A DNA stretch of 64,000 bases from Planctomycetota bacterium (GTDB lineage: Bacteria > Planctomycetota > Phycisphaerae > Phycisphaerales > Phycisphaeraceae): contig JBCCST010000010.1 of the NCBI GenBank assembly GCA_039199695.1, forward strand, positions 16,635-80,634, in the 5' to 3' direction. Under the pieces are notes generated by a model that saw only the letters and a list, made by a program, of their open reading frames with translations, was not told where the DNA came from and did no database searches. This document shows, in pieces, positions 39,452 through 49,704 of the stretch. Position numbers and translations under genes: made by a program. Each line of letters starts with the position of its first letter. Position 1 is the first letter of the stretch.

Positions 39452-42400
39452 ATGGATCATTCAACCCTCGCCCCGCCTGACACCCCTGCCGCCTTGGAAT
39501 CCGCGTTGCGCGATGCGGTGCGGGGCGAGGTGTACGCCGACGCGGCGACGCGGGGCATCTACGCCACCGACGCCAGCCACTACCAGCAGCAGCCGCGGGT
39601 GGTGGTCGTGCCGTTGGATGAAGCCGACGTGGTCGCCGCCTTGCGGGTGGCGCATGAGCACAAAGTTCCCACCACGCCGCGTGGCGCCGCGACCGCCCTG
39701 TCGGGCCAGACCTTTGGGCCGGGCATGGTGTTGGACCTGTCGAAACATTTTACCGAGGTGTTGGAGGTCAACGCCGAAGAAGGCTGGGCCCGCGTCCAGC
39801 CGGGCGTGGTGCGCGATCGGCTGAACGCCCAACTCAAACCGTCGGGTTTGCACTTCGCCCCCGACCCCGCCACGTCGTCCCGGGCCACCGTCGGCGGGAT
39901 GGTCGGCAACAACTCGTCGGGCACCCGCTCGATCGTCTACGGTAAAACCATCGACCACACCCTGTCCTGCCGGGTCGCGCTGGCCGACGGCACCGTGATC
40001 GATTGCGAGGCCACCGACGACGACACTTGGCAACGCAAAGCCGCGGGGGAAGGCGTGGAAAGTCCGCGCGAGGCCGAGGTGTACCGCGGGGTGCGCGACT
40101 TGGTCAACCGTTACCAAAACGACATCAACCAGGCGTTCCCGCGCGTGATGCGGCGGGTGTCGGGCTACAACCTCGATGAGTTTGTCGATGGGGCTGGTTA
40201 CTGCGGGCCGATCGGGCCGCGGGCCGACGAAATCGAGGTCGGCCGTCATCGCGCCTGGAATCTGTCGAACTTGATCGTGGGCAGCGAAGGCACGCTGGGT
40301 GTCTTGCTGGAAATCAAGATCCGCCTCACGCCGTTGCCGCGAGCCACCGCCGTCTGCGTCGTACATTTCGACGACGACCTCGCGTCGCTCGCCCAGGTCC
40401 CCGCGATCAACACGCACGGCCCGTCGGCCGTCGAACTGCTCGACCGCAGCGTGCTCCGCGAAGCGAAGGTCAACCCCGCCACGAAAGACATGGCGTGGTG
40501 GATCGAGGGCGACCCCGCGGCGGTGCTGCTCACCGAGTTCTTCGGCGACACGCCGGAAGACGCGGCGAGCAAAGCGCAGAGCTTTGCCCGTGCGATGCAG
40601 ACCCAGAACATCGGCTACGCCCACCCCGTGCTGGAAAGACCGGCGGCACAAAAAGACGCGTGGGAAACCCGCAAACTCGGGCTCGGCCTGATCTCCAACG
40701 TCAAAGGCCCCGTGAAGGGTCAAGCGTTTGTGGAAGACGCATGCGTGCCGGTCGAGGTGTTGGCCGAGTACATCGGCGGGCTGCAGGCCAAGTGTCGCGA
40801 GGTCGGCATCGAGTATTCGATGTACGCCCACGCCTCGGTCGGCGTGATCCACTTCCGCCCCGCCATCGACCTGCACCGTCAAGACCACCGCGACGCGATG
40901 CGCACGATCGCCGAGTACGCCTTCGAAGAAGTAAAAAGATACGGCGGCGTCTTCGCCGGCGAGCACGGCGACGGCTTTGTCCGCGGCGGCTTCATCCCCC
41001 GGACCTACGGCCCGGCCGTCTACGACGCCTTCGTCCAACTCAAAAACCTCTTCGATCCCCACAACCTGATGAACCCCGGCAAAATCATCGACAGCCCGTC
41101 GATGACCGACGCCGACCTCTTGCGTTACGGCAACCAGTACCGCGTCGCGGAGGTGCCTTCGCAATTCAAGTACCGGGATCAGGGCGGCTTCCGCTTGGCC
41201 GTCGAGCAGTGCAATGGCGTGGGAGCTTGCCGCAAACTCGGCAGCGGGACGATGTGTCCGTCGTACATGGCCACCATGGACGAGAAAGATACCACCCGCG
41301 GCCGGGCCAACGCGCTGCGGCTGGCCATGTCGGGGCAACTGAACAATAGCGGTTCCAGCGGCGAGGGGACGTTAACCGTCGAGGACATGACCACCGCCCT
41401 AGGCGGCGACGAGGTGCACGGCGTGCTCGATCTCTGCTTGTCCTGCAAAGCCTGCAAGACCGAATGCCCCAACGCGGTGGATATGTCCAAGCTCAAGGCC
41501 GAGGCGTTGCAGATGCGTCACGACCAGCAAGGCGTGCCGCTGGGTTACAAACTCATCGGCCGGATGCCGGACGTCTCGAAGTTCATGTTCGGCCCGATGG
41601 CTTGGGTCGGTAAGACGCTCGACAAATTGCCGCCCTACCGCGTGTTGTTCGAAAAACTGACGGGGATCGACCGCCGTCGGCCGCTGCCGCCGTTCGCGAC
41701 CCGGCACCTCAAGTCGTTGCTTAAACGACGTGGAGTAACTTCGCCGGTGGCCGACGACGCGAAGACCGTCGTCCTGTTCAACGACACCTACACCAACACG
41801 ATGGAGCCTCACCTCGGCGTCGTCGCGGTCGAACTCCTCGAAGGCTGTGGGTACCGGGTCATCCTCGCCAACGCGGGCTGCTGTCAACGCCCGCGGCTCT
41901 CCAAAGGTCTGGTGAAGGAAGCCAAGAAACTGGGGACAAAGACCATGGCCAATCTCGATGCCTTCGCCAAGCAGGGCCTGCCGATTGTTTGCTTGGAGCC
42001 GTCGTGTGCTTCGGCGCTCGCCGACGATCTACCGGATCTGATCGACGACGCCGAGTTGGGCCAGCGAGTGGCGAATCAAGTCAAAATGATCGATGTGTTT
42101 CTCGAAGCCGAGGGCGTCAAACTCCGCAGCAAACACCCCGACGTGTTGTTACACGGCCACTGCCACCAGAAGGCCCTGTTCGGCACCAAGGCCATTCACC
42201 AACTCGCCGCGACCATGCCCGACACCACCTGCGAAGAAGTCGACTCGGGCTGCTGCGGTATGGCTGGCTCGTTCGGCTACGAACACCACGACCTGTCCGA
42301 AAAGATAGGCGAAGACCGCCTGTTTACCGCCGTCCGCGAGGCGGTTAAAGACGGCAAGACCATTGTCGCCTGCGGCATCTCCTGCCGGCACCAACTGCAC

Positions 42401-42493
42401 GACTTCCTTGACGTGAAAGCAAAGCACTGGGTCGAGACCGTTGAGGCGATGCCGACCAACGCGTCAGCTAACGGGTCAGCGGCCGATACTTGA
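39452..42493 (+). CDS. FAD-linked oxidase fused to a (4Fe-4S)/CCG domain (D-lactate/glycolate dehydrogenase-like)
   Basis: RGAATALSGQ, GSEGTLG, GEHGDG, CNGVGAC..MCPS, CLSCKACKTECP and CCG motifs. Confidence 0.9.
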   Translation: MDHSTLAPPDTPAALESALRDAVRGEVYADAATRGIYATDASHYQQQPRVVVVPLDEADVVAALRVAHEHKVPTTPRGAATALSGQTFGPGMVLDLSKHFTEVLEVNAEEGWARVQPGVVRDRLNAQLKPSGLHFAPDPATSSRATVGGMVGNNSSGTRSIVYGKTIDHTLSCRVALADGTVIDCEATDDDTWQRKAAGEGVESPREAEVYRGVRDLVNRYQNDINQAFPRVMRRVSGYNLDEFVDGAGYCGPIGPRADEIEVGRHRAWNLSNLIVGSEGTLGVLLEIKIRLTPLPRATAVCVVHFDDDLASLAQVPAINTHGPSAVELLDRSVLREAKVNPATKDMAWWIEGDPAAVLLTEFFGDTPEDAASKAQSFARAMQTQNIGYAHPVLERPAAQKDAWETRKLGLGLISNVKGPVKGQAFVEDACVPVEVLAEYIGGLQAKCREVGIEYSMYAHASVGVIHFRPAIDLHRQDHRDAMRTIAEYAFEEVKRYGGVFAGEHGDGFVRGGFIPRTYGPAVYDAFVQLKNLFDPHNLMNPGKIIDSPSMTDADLLRYGNQYRVAEVPSQFKYRDQGGFRLAVEQCNGVGACRKLGSGTMCPSYMATMDEKDTTRGRANALRLAMSGQLNNSGSSGEGTLTVEDMTTALGGDEVHGVLDLCLSCKACKTECPNAVDMSKLKAEALQMRHDQQGVPLGYKLIGRMPDVSKFMFGPMAWVGKTLDKLPPYRVLFEKLTGIDRRRPLPPFATRHLKSLLKRRGVTSPVADDAKTVVLFNDTYTNTMEPHLGVVAVELLEGCGYRVILANAGCCQRPRLSKGLVKEAKKLGTKTMANLDAFAKQGLPIVCLEPSCASALADDLPDLIDDAELGQRVANQVKMIDVFLEAEGVKLRSKHPDVLLHGHCHQKALFGTKAIHQLAATMPDTTCEEVDSGCCGMAGSFGYEHHDLSEKIGEDRLFTAVREAVKDGKTIVACGISCRHQLHDFLDVKAKHWVETVEAMPTNASANGSAADT

Positions 42494-44153
42494 TCCGGTG
42501 CGGCTGGTCGGCGTCTTCGCCCTTGCGTTTGCGTAGGTCCGCGGCGTAGGCGGCGTAGTTGCCCTCAAAAAACTTCACTTGGCTGTCGCCCTCAAACGCG
42601 AGGATGTGGGTCGCCACGCGGTCGAGGAACCAGCGGTCGTGGCTGATGATCACGGCACAGCCGGGGAAGTTTTCCAGGGCCTCTTCCAGCGAGCGGATCG
42701 TGTTGACGTCCAGGTCGTTGGTCGGCTCGTCGAGCAGCAAGACGTTGAACTCGGTGGTGAGCATCCGGGCGAGGTTGACGCGGTTGCGCTGCCCCCCGGA
42801 CAGCGAACCCACCAACTGCTGTTGGTCACTCCCCGAAAAATTGAAGCGGGCGACGTAAGCCCGGCTGTTCATCTCGAGGTCGCCGAGCTTGACGTTTTCC
42901 TTGCCGCCGCTGATCGACTGCCAGACCGAGTGGTCGTCTTCGAGGCTTTCTCGCATCTGCTCGACGTAGGCGAGTTTGACGGTTTCACCGAGTTCGAGGG
43001 TGCCGGCGTCGGGCGATTCCTGGCCGACGAGCATCTTGAACAGCGTGGTCTTGCCCGCACCGTTGGGGCCGATGATCCCGACGATGCCGCCGGGCGGGAG
43101 GTCGAAGCTGACGTCGTCGAGCAGGAGTTTGTCGCCGTAGGCTTTGGAGACGTTGCGGGCGGTGAGGACCTTGTCACCGAGGCGTGGGCCTGGGGCGAGG
43201 TAGATCTGCACGTCTTTGGCCCGCTTGCGGTGCTCGGCATCGTAGAGCGCTTCGAACCGCGCCACGCGGGCCTTGTTCTTCGCCTGGCGAGCGGCGGGGG
43301 ATTTGCCGATCCACTCGGATTCGCGTTTGAGTTCCTTCGCCCGCTTCGCGTCGTGCTTGGCCTCGAGCTCGAGGCGTTTTTGTTTCTGTTCCAGCCAGGA
43401 CGAGTAGTTGCCCTTCCAGGGGATGCCCTGGCCGTGGTCGAGCTCGAGCATCCAGCCCGCGACGTTGTCGAGGAAGTAGCGGTCGTGGGTCACCGCGATG
43501 ACCGTGCCGGGGTACTGCTGGAGGTGCTTTTCCAGCCAGCCGATGCTCTGGGCGTCGAGGTGGTTCGTCGGTTCGTCGAGCAGCAACACGTCCGGCTGCT
43601 CCAGCAACAGCCGGCAGAGCGCGACCCGCCGTTTCTCGCCGCCCGACAACGGGCCGATCAGCGCATCCGAAGGCGGGCAACGCAGCGCATCCATCGCCAT
43701 CTCCAGCTTGCTGTCGATCTCCCACGCCCCCATCGCGTCTAGCTTCTCCTGCACCACGCCCATGCGTTCGAGCCGCTTGTCCATTTCTTCCGGGGGCATC
43801 TCTTCGCCAAATTTCTCGTTGATCGCGTCGTACTCGGCCATCAACTCCGTCACAGGTTTCACCGCTTCGCGCACCACCTCGATAACCGTCTGGTCGTCCG
43901 GCAGCGGCGGCTCCTGCGGCAGGTAACCCACCGTCGTGCCCGGCTGCGCCTGAACCTCACCCTCAAAATCGGTATCGACCCCCGCGAGGATCCGCAGCAA
44001 CGACGACTTACCTGCACCGTTCAGCCCGAGCACGCCGATCTTCGCGCCATAGTAGTACGACAGGCTAACGTCGTTGAAGACCACGTTGCGGTCGTAACGC
44101 TTGGTCACGCCCATCATGGAGTAGATGATTTTGGTTTCGTCGGTGGTGGACAT
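42468..44153 (-). CDS. ettA: Energy-dependent translational throttle A (ABC-F)
   Basis: Two ABC domains (GLNGAGKS/LSGGE and GPNGAGKT/LSGGQ), AKIGVLG and C-terminal HRIKYRPL. The 3' end overlaps the convergent gene by 26 nt. Confidence 0.93.
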   Translation of the reverse strand: MSTTDETKIIYSMMGVTKRYDRNVVFNDVSLSYYYGAKIGVLGLNGAGKSSLLRILAGVDTDFEGEVQAQPGTTVGYLPQEPPLPDDQTVIEVVREAVKPVTELMAEYDAINEKFGEEMPPEEMDKRLERMGVVQEKLDAMGAWEIDSKLEMAMDALRCPPSDALIGPLSGGEKRRVALCRLLLEQPDVLLLDEPTNHLDAQSIGWLEKHLQQYPGTVIAVTHDRYFLDNVAGWMLELDHGQGIPWKGNYSSWLEQKQKRLELEAKHDAKRAKELKRESEWIGKSPAARQAKNKARVARFEALYDAEHRKRAKDVQIYLAPGPRLGDKVLTARNVSKAYGDKLLLDDVSFDLPPGGIVGIIGPNGAGKTTLFKMLVGQESPDAGTLELGETVKLAYVEQMRESLEDDHSVWQSISGGKENVKLGDLEMNSRAYVARFNFSGSDQQQLVGSLSGGQRNRVNLARMLTTEFNVLLLDEPTNDLDVNTIRSLEEALENFPGCAVIISHDRWFLDRVATHILAFEGDSQVKFFEGNYAAYAADLRKRKGEDADQPHRIKYRPLTR

Positions 44154-44218
44154 GGTGGGCAGTGTACCCCCTCCCCCCGGAAGTGAGGTGAGGCAAGCAA
44201 GGTGCAATGGCGGGAAAT

Positions 44219-44249
44219 AAAAAACCTCCGGCCGATGGGCCGAAGGTTT
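44219..44249 (-). terminator. Terminator downstream of tRNA-Pro
   Basis: The minus strand reads AAACCTTCGGCC-CATC-GGCCGGAGGTTTTTT. Confidence 0.75.
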
Positions 44250-44254
44250 CGAGA

Positions 44255-44328
44255 TCGGGGCGACAGGATTTGAACCTGCGACCTCCACACCCCCAGTATG
44301 GCGCGCTACCAAGCTGCGCTACGCCCCG
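44255..44328 (-). tRNA. tRNA-Pro (GGG)
   Basis: CGGGGCG/CGCCCCG acceptor stem, anticodon stem CCATA/TGTGG with loop CTGGGGG, and T-loop GGTTCAAAT. Confidence 0.95.
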
Positions 44329-44413
44329 AGAAACGGGATCGCCAATGGCGAACCGCAAAGGATACCAATTCTCGCCAAGCGACGCCAGCGGCCCCGGACC
44401 ACGCCGAAATGCG

Positions 44414-45037
44414 TCAAAGCGAGCCTTTGGTCGAAGGAATATCGTTGTGGGTCACCGCGACGGCCATCCGCAGGGCCCGGCCGAACGCCTTGAACAACCC
44501 CTCGGCGATGTGGTGGTTGTTGTCGCCCCAGGGCACCTCGAGGTGCAAGTTCATCTTGGCGTTGTTCACCACCGCGTTGAAAAATTCTTTGACCAGTTGG
44601 ACGTCGAACTGCCCGATCGACTCGCCGACGATGGCCGGCGGATCGATGCCGTAGCCGACCCAATCGACCTTGAACACGAACGCCGGCCGACCCGACAGGT
44701 CCAGGGCGGCGCGGGCGAGCGTTTCGTCCATCGGCACTGCGGCGTGGCCGTAGCGTTCGATGCCGCGTTTGTCGCCGAGGGCTTGATCGATGGCTTGGCC
44801 GAGCACGATGCCGACGTCTTCGACGGTGTGGTGGTCGTCGATGTAGGTGTCGCCGTCGCAGGTGACTTTCAGCGCAAGTCGGCCGTGCTTGGCGATGTGG
44901 GTGAGCATGTGGTCGAAGAAACCGACGCCGGTCTGGATGTCGTCGGGCTTTCCGGGGGAGCCGGTTTGGTCCAGATCGAGACTCAGCTTGATCTTGGTTT
45001 CGTTGGTGTCGCGTTGGAGGGAAGCGGATCGCGTCAT
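44414..45037 (-). CDS. hisB: Imidazoleglycerol-phosphate dehydratase
   Basis: RDTNETKI, TGVGFFDHML, DDHHTVED, NNHHIAE and PSTKGSL. Confidence 0.97.
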   Translation of the reverse strand: MTRSASLQRDTNETKIKLSLDLDQTGSPGKPDDIQTGVGFFDHMLTHIAKHGRLALKVTCDGDTYIDDHHTVEDVGIVLGQAIDQALGDKRGIERYGHAAVPMDETLARAALDLSGRPAFVFKVDWVGYGIDPPAIVGESIGQFDVQLVKEFFNAVVNNAKMNLHLEVPWGDNNHHIAEGLFKAFGRALRMAVAVTHNDIPSTKGSL

Positions 45038-46167
45038 GGGAGCACCGAGTCGAGGATGCGGAGGAGTTGGTCGTTTTGCGGCGGCGTGCCGACGGTGATG
45101 CGGAGTTTGTCGGTCAGCCGGGGCTTGCTGAAGTAACGGATGAGCACGTTGTTGTGCTTGAGGGCTTCGTAGAGCGCTTTGGCCTGTTCGTCGGGCGATT
45201 GTGTATCACTGCCGAGTACGGCCGCCAACACAAAATTGGTGTGGCTATCGCCGACCACAAAGCCGCGCTCACGGAGAGCCGCGGTGAGTCGGTTGCGCTC
45301 GGCGATAGTTCGATCCCAGGTGGACTGGGCGTAGGTTTGATCGCGCAACGCTGCGGTTGCGGCGGCCTGAGCGAGGATATCGGTGTTGTAAGAATCGCGG
45401 GCTTTGTCGAGGGTGTTGATGATCGCGGGGCTGGCTAATCCGTAGCCGAAGCGTAAGCCGGCCAACGAATAGCCTTTGCTCAGGCTGCGGAGGATGACCA
45501 CGTTTTCGATGCCGTCTTGCAACAAGGGCAGCGCGTTGTGCGGCGCAAAATCGACGTAGGCCTCGTCGATGACCAGAATCCCCTCGAAATCCGCGGCGAG
45601 CTTGCGGAGCGTGTCGAGCGATTCGAGTTGCCCGGTCGGGGCGTGGGGGTTGACGATGAACGCGAGTTGGCAGTCCGCGGCGTTGAGTTGCTGGGCGTAG
45701 TCGGCGGGGAGTGAGAATCCATCGCCTTCGCGTGGCACCACCGTCACCGGCGCGTCCTGGATGTGCGCCAAGACGGGGTAGAGCGTGTAGCTCGGGTCGG
45801 TCATGCCGATGCCGCCGCCCGCCGAAACGGAATCCGTCGCCGGCGGGCAGTACACGGTGATCAGGAGGCGGAGCAGTTCGTCGCCGCCGTTGGTGGCGAT
45901 GACGTGCTGGGCGGACAAGCCGTGTAGCTTGCCCGCGGCCTGCCGGAACTCAGCGGCGTCGGCCGGGGGATACAGCCGCAAAGCCTCGGGGCTGAGCCCG
46001 CGGATCGCTTGCATCACCGCGTCCGAGGGCGGATAAGGGTTTTCGTTGGTATTCAGCTTGACGATGCCGTCGCCAAAGTCGCCGCCGCCGAGCGTTTCGC
46101 GGTAGCCGGGCTGCTCGCCGGGGACGTAGGCGTGCAGGCGTTGGATGTTGGGGCGTTCGTCGGGCAT
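45034..46167 (-). CDS. hisC: Histidinol-phosphate aminotransferase
   Basis: KLNTNENPY, NGGDE, NPHAPTG, IDEAY and RSLSKGYSLAGLRFG. Overlaps the hisB start. Confidence 0.93.
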   Translation of the reverse strand: MPDERPNIQRLHAYVPGEQPGYRETLGGGDFGDGIVKLNTNENPYPPSDAVMQAIRGLSPEALRLYPPADAAEFRQAAGKLHGLSAQHVIATNGGDELLRLLITVYCPPATDSVSAGGGIGMTDPSYTLYPVLAHIQDAPVTVVPREGDGFSLPADYAQQLNAADCQLAFIVNPHAPTGQLESLDTLRKLAADFEGILVIDEAYVDFAPHNALPLLQDGIENVVILRSLSKGYSLAGLRFGYGLASPAIINTLDKARDSYNTDILAQAAATAALRDQTYAQSTWDRTIAERNRLTAALRERGFVVGDSHTNFVLAAVLGSDTQSPDEQAKALYEALKHNNVLIRYFSKPRLTDKLRITVGTPPQNDQLLRILDSVLP

Positions 46168-46308
46168 GGCAAGCCGCGTATCGTCGCAGAGCGGACGTAG
46201 CGGGTCAAAAACCCCGGTCCGTATGCTTCCCCTATTTTTGTAAGCCGAGACGAGTTTTGTCCCCACTCCGGGCCGCGCGACGACCGCGATCGGCCTAAAC
46301 TGTCAGCT

Positions 46309-47934
46309 ATGCGAACGCAGCGATCAGGGAAGAAGACGGCGAGCGCGATGTTTGTTGCTTGGCTTGGGTTGAACGTCCTGACGGTCGTCCTGGTCTCGAC
46401 CCTCGCGGCCGCGCAAGCTGCCGAGACGTCGTTAGACTTTGACCAGGCGTCCAAAGAAACCGCACCCGGGATCAAGGCCGACGAGGCGACCACCCGGGCG
46501 GCGATCCAGCTGTTCAACGACGCCGTGACCGTCCAAGCCAACGGCAAGCACAATCGCCTGCTGCGGGCGTTGCGGCACCTCGAAGCGCCCGCCCTCGGCC
46601 CGTTGTTTGTCGAATTGTCGCGTGCGTCGCACCCGTCGCTCCAAGTCCACGGCCTGCTGGGAGTCGCTGAACTCAATCAACCTCGGGGACTGATCGCTTC
46701 GGACATCGCCGCGGTCGCTCGACCCGACGTGCAGGCCGAACTTATCAGCGCTGCCCTCGACGGCGACCTGATCGACGAACCGACCCGCGCAGCGCTGTTG
46801 AGCTGGCACAGCCTGCCGCCGGGCGTGAAGCTTCTGCTGGCCACGCCCCAGGTGGCAGCAGGCGAATACGACTACAACTCGCCGGGCTATGAACATTTGT
46901 TCGCGGCGATGGACGACGACACCCTCGGGCGTCGCGGTTTGTCGGCAATGCTTTTGAATCAGCTCGGAGAAGACCAGGGCCGACAAACCCTGGAATCGAT
47001 CACCGACTCCACCCATCCTTCGTCCGACGCCGTGCGGGCGACGCTGCTGGAGACCGCTTGGACCCACGGGCTTAACGGCAGCGCTGCGTGGGCCTACGAC
47101 GTCGCCACCCGACCCGGGACGCCGCCCCGTCTGGAAATGCTGGCGCTCAAGGTGGCCATCAGGTTTGGTGACGGCCGAGGCGACGCTCGCTGGACCCAGC
47201 GATTCGAATCCGGCGAAGACATCTCGCTCCGCACCCGGCTGGCGTGGGTCGGCCTCGAAGTCGCGCCTTGGCTTTCGCCCGAGCGGTTTGCCCCCCTCAT
47301 CAAGTCGGACGATCCGTTGATCGCGCAACTTGGCCTCACGGCACAAGCCGTCGCTCAATCACGTCCGGGACACGGCCAACACCCGGCCGTCGAAGCTCAC
47401 GCCGTCGCGCTGATTGAAACCAATCACCCCCAAGCCGCCCGTTGGGCGGCCGAGTACGCCTCGGAAACCGGCTCGGCGGCGCTCGCGGCGGCGGTCGTGA
47501 TGAAGACCGACCCCGGCGAGCCACGCGGCCGGGCCCGCCGACTCGACGCCGTGGTCCGCAGCACCCAAACTCTGATCCAACTCGAACCCGAAATGGCCGA
47601 GCGTTTGCTGGTCGCCGCCCTGCAATCTGAGGATGTGGACCCCGCTTGGCAGCGCGGCGTGCTGCTGGGCCTGATCCGCAGCCGCAGCGACGCCGCCCGC
47701 GAGATCGGCGACCAACTACCACCCTTTACCGACCGCAACACCGAGGCGCTGGCGCTGGTGCTCCGGCTGCAAAACCCCGCCCCACTGAATGAGACACAGG
47801 CCGAAGATTTATCGCTGGTCCTGCGTGGCGGGGCCGACCTGGACGATTCGCTACGGGTCCAGATGGCGTGGGCGTATCTGTACCGCACCGGGCAAGGAGC
47901 CGAAGCGATCGCCGCGGTCTTGGCCGAGCCTTGA
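46309..47934 (+). CDS. Hypothetical exported alpha-helical (HEAT/ARM-like) protein
   Basis: Long ORF with genome-typical codon usage, a hydrophobic N-terminal segment and helical repeats. No family recognised. Confidence 0.6.
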   Translation: MRTQRSGKKTASAMFVAWLGLNVLTVVLVSTLAAAQAAETSLDFDQASKETAPGIKADEATTRAAIQLFNDAVTVQANGKHNRLLRALRHLEAPALGPLFVELSRASHPSLQVHGLLGVAELNQPRGLIASDIAAVARPDVQAELISAALDGDLIDEPTRAALLSWHSLPPGVKLLLATPQVAAGEYDYNSPGYEHLFAAMDDDTLGRRGLSAMLLNQLGEDQGRQTLESITDSTHPSSDAVRATLLETAWTHGLNGSAAWAYDVATRPGTPPRLEMLALKVAIRFGDGRGDARWTQRFESGEDISLRTRLAWVGLEVAPWLSPERFAPLIKSDDPLIAQLGLTAQAVAQSRPGHGQHPAVEAHAVALIETNHPQAARWAAEYASETGSAALAAAVVMKTDPGEPRGRARRLDAVVRSTQTLIQLEPEMAERLLVAALQSEDVDPAWQRGVLLGLIRSRSDAAREIGDQLPPFTDRNTEALALVLRLQNPAPLNETQAEDLSLVLRGGADLDDSLRVQMAWAYLYRTGQGAEAIAAVLAEP

Positions 47935-48049
47935 ACCTGTGTCCCGCTAGGCGACGGCCAAGTTCCGCGATATCTTGTCCGCCCCGCGGGCCGACCCACG
48001 CCTTTGAATACCGTCGGCCGATACGATTCGCCGATACATCTGAATCACC

Positions 48050-49225
48050 ATGAGCGACATCCCCCTGAGCCAGCCTGATCTGACCGACGACGACATCGAC
48101 GCCGTGGTCGACACCCTCCGCAGCGGACGGCTGAGCATCGGCCCCAAGCTCGAGCAGTTCGAACGCGACGTGGCCCGCCGTTCGGATCGACGCGTCGGCA
48201 TCGGCGTCTCGTCGGGTACGGCCGGCCTGCACCTGGTCTTGCTCGCGCTGGGCGTAGGGCCGGGCGATGAGGTCATCACCACGCCGTTCAGTTTTATCGC
48301 GTCGGCCAACTGCATCCTGATGGTCGGGGCGACTCCCGTGTTTGTCGACATCTGCCCCAAGTCGTTGAACATGGACCCGGCCAAGGCCGAGGCGGCCGTG
48401 ACCGACAAGACCAAAGCCATCGTCGCCGTCGAAGTCTTCGGCAACACCACGCACATGGCCGCGCTCGAAGCGATAGCCCGCAAGTACGAGATACCCTTGG
48501 TGGAAGACTGCTGCGAAGGCCTGGGCGGCACCGCGGCCTGCGGCCGGGCGGTCGGCTCGTTCGGCCGGGCGGGCGTGTACGGCTTCTATCCCAACAAACA
48601 GATCACCACCGGCGAAGGCGGCATGATCGTCACCGACGACGACACCCTCGCCGACCGCTGCCGGAGCCTCCGCAACCAGGGCCGCGCCACCGCGGCCCAC
48701 ATGGGCACCGACAAAAACGCCGGGTCGTGGCTGGCCCACGAACGGTTGGGCTACAACTACCGGCTCTCGGAGATCAACGCGGCGTTGGGTATCGTGCAGA
48801 TGCAACGCCTCGACGCCATGCTCGAGGCCCGCCGCACGGTGGCCGGGCACTACATGCGTCGGCTGATGGACTGGGACGACTTGGTCCTGCCCACCGTCGA
48901 GCCCGCCGCCGAGGCGACCATGTCGTGGTTCGTCTTCGTGGTGCGGCTCACCGCGGACTACGGCCACGTCGAACGCGACCGCATCATCCAGGGTATGAAG
49001 CGTCACGAGATCGGCGCCTCGAACTACTTCCCCTGCATCCACCTTCAGCCGTTTTACCGCCAACAGTTCGGCTTCAAGAAAGGCGACTTCCCCATCGCCG
49101 AGTCGATCAGCGAACGCACGCTCGCCCTGCCGTTCTTCAACCGGCTGGAAGCGACGCAGGTCGAACTGGTCTGCCACACGCTGAAAGTCATGATTCAGCG
49201 GGAACAACTGCTCAAACGCGACTAA
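48050..49225 (+). CDS. DegT/DnrJ/EryC1/StrS family PLP-dependent aminotransferase
   Basis: SSGTAGLHL, GPGDEVIT, VEDCCE, FYPNKQITTGEGGM and GYNYRL. Confidence 0.92.
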   Translation: MSDIPLSQPDLTDDDIDAVVDTLRSGRLSIGPKLEQFERDVARRSDRRVGIGVSSGTAGLHLVLLALGVGPGDEVITTPFSFIASANCILMVGATPVFVDICPKSLNMDPAKAEAAVTDKTKAIVAVEVFGNTTHMAALEAIARKYEIPLVEDCCEGLGGTAACGRAVGSFGRAGVYGFYPNKQITTGEGGMIVTDDDTLADRCRSLRNQGRATAAHMGTDKNAGSWLAHERLGYNYRLSEINAALGIVQMQRLDAMLEARRTVAGHYMRRLMDWDDLVLPTVEPAAEATMSWFVFVVRLTADYGHVERDRIIQGMKRHEIGASNYFPCIHLQPFYRQQFGFKKGDFPIAESISERTLALPFFNRLEATQVELVCHTLKVMIQREQLLKRD

Positions 49226-49369
49226 ACCGGCGTCCAAATCAGTCAAAAACTCCCCCTTATCAACCCCGTAACCCCACAGCCGGTTATCCGCGGCCGAGGC
49301 TTTCGGCAAAGGCAGCGTTGACCTACAATTTAAAAACCTCTTTCACCCGTAAACCAAAGGCGGTTCCCC

Positions 49370-49639
49370 TTGGCCAAAGCTCACGTCGACCCCGAAGACC
49401 TCGTCAAGTTCGCCAAATCGCTCGGGCACTTCAACCGCACGATGCAGGAGATGACCGGCAGCCTCAAGGGACAGATGCGTCGGCTCGAAACCACCTGGCA
49501 AGACCAAGAGCAGGCCAAGTTCTCACAAGAGTTCTTCGACGCCCTGCGTTTCATCGACCGCTTCGTCGAATCCAACGAACAACACGCCCAGTTGTTGGTC
49601 AAAAAGGCGCGCCTGATCGAGGCCTACCTCGACGCGTGA
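49370..49639 (+). CDS. WXG100-family protein (WxD variant), EsxA/B-like
   Basis: 89-aa helical hairpin with central TTWQD, N-terminal VDPEDL..F and C-terminal IEAYLDA. TTG start. Confidence 0.8.
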   Translation: MAKAHVDPEDLVKFAKSLGHFNRTMQEMTGSLKGQMRRLETTWQDQEQAKFSQEFFDALRFIDRFVESNEQHAQLLVKKARLIEAYLDA

Positions 49640-49704
49640 AGCTCGAAACGATTTGACGTAGTAGTTCGTATTTTCAGCGGCCGATCGATTCACCAAGGAA
49701 GTAC

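Noticed and set aside
42468-42493. 26-nt 3' overlap of ettA and the FAD/Fe-S oxidase as antisense regulation
   Set aside because: Short convergent overlaps are common in compact genomes and nothing else supports a regulatory role.
44255-44328. tRNA-Pro as an integration site
   Set aside because: It is flanked by housekeeping genes (hisB, ettA) and a terminator, with no integrase, att duplicate or GC shift.
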